This document shows positions 18,766 to 18,887 of a stretch of DNA of 18,887 nt, piece by piece. The DNA is from Bdellovibrionota bacterium. GTDB lineage: Bacteria > Bdellovibrionota_C > UBA2361 > JBGSMV01. Where the stretch lies: contig JBIKWF010000089.1 of assembly GCA_044356455.1 (NCBI GenBank), positions 1 to 18,887 of the forward strand, written 5' to 3'. The stretch's first letter is position 1. Every line of letters starts with the position of its first letter. The position numbers and the translations under genes are program-made. Below the pieces are notes generated by a model. That model made no database searches. It had not been told where the DNA came from and was given only the letters and a program-made list of their open reading frames with translations.

Positions 18766-18887
18766 GTACGCCCCGCATGGGCGTGAACTAGAGGGTGAAA
18801 ATCCCTTACGGAAGAATCACCGACTATGGGGATAATACTATAGGAGGGAACCGTTAGTCTAAGGCAATGGCGTCATCGTGAGATGGG
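18766..18887 (+). mobile_element. Group II intron, class IIC, 5' end of domain I (truncated by the window edge)
   Basis: GTACGCCCCGCATGGGCG...AGGGTGAAAATCCC...AACCGTTAGTCTAAGGCAATGGCGTC is collinear with the recalled Oceanobacillus iheyensis IIC intron start (GUGUGCCCGGCAUGGGUG...AGGGUGAGAGUCCC...AACAGUUAGCCUAACGCAAGGGUGUC). Preceded by TTGT and a stem-loop. Confidence 0.85.

Noticed and set aside
1..18887. CRISPR arrays, tRNA or rRNA genes
   Set aside because: No regularly spaced repeats or tRNA/rRNA signatures were seen by eye.

Overview
Bacterial chromosomal segment with a mobile-element cluster at the right edge. Left to right: a 1771-aa uncharacterised, mostly helical protein (+); transketolase 1 (-); an intergenic region holding a candidate plus-strand small RNA and a 109-bp MITE (18-bp terminal inverted repeats, CTAG duplication) inserted at a stop codon; a thioredoxin-fold protein (-); an alpha/beta hydrolase (-); a type IIA topoisomerase operon transcribed A then B, best called parC-parE (-); a small membrane protein (-); an SspB-like ClpXP adaptor (+); a second, divergent transketolase (+); a long terminator hairpin; and a HutD/Ves-family gene (-). 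The last ~600 bp stack three elements: an internally deleted tyrosine-recombinase/IS91-transposase remnant, a short integron attC-like site, and the 5' end of a group IIC intron inserted at the TTGT of that site and running off the window. All family calls come from motif recognition by eye; no database searches were run.
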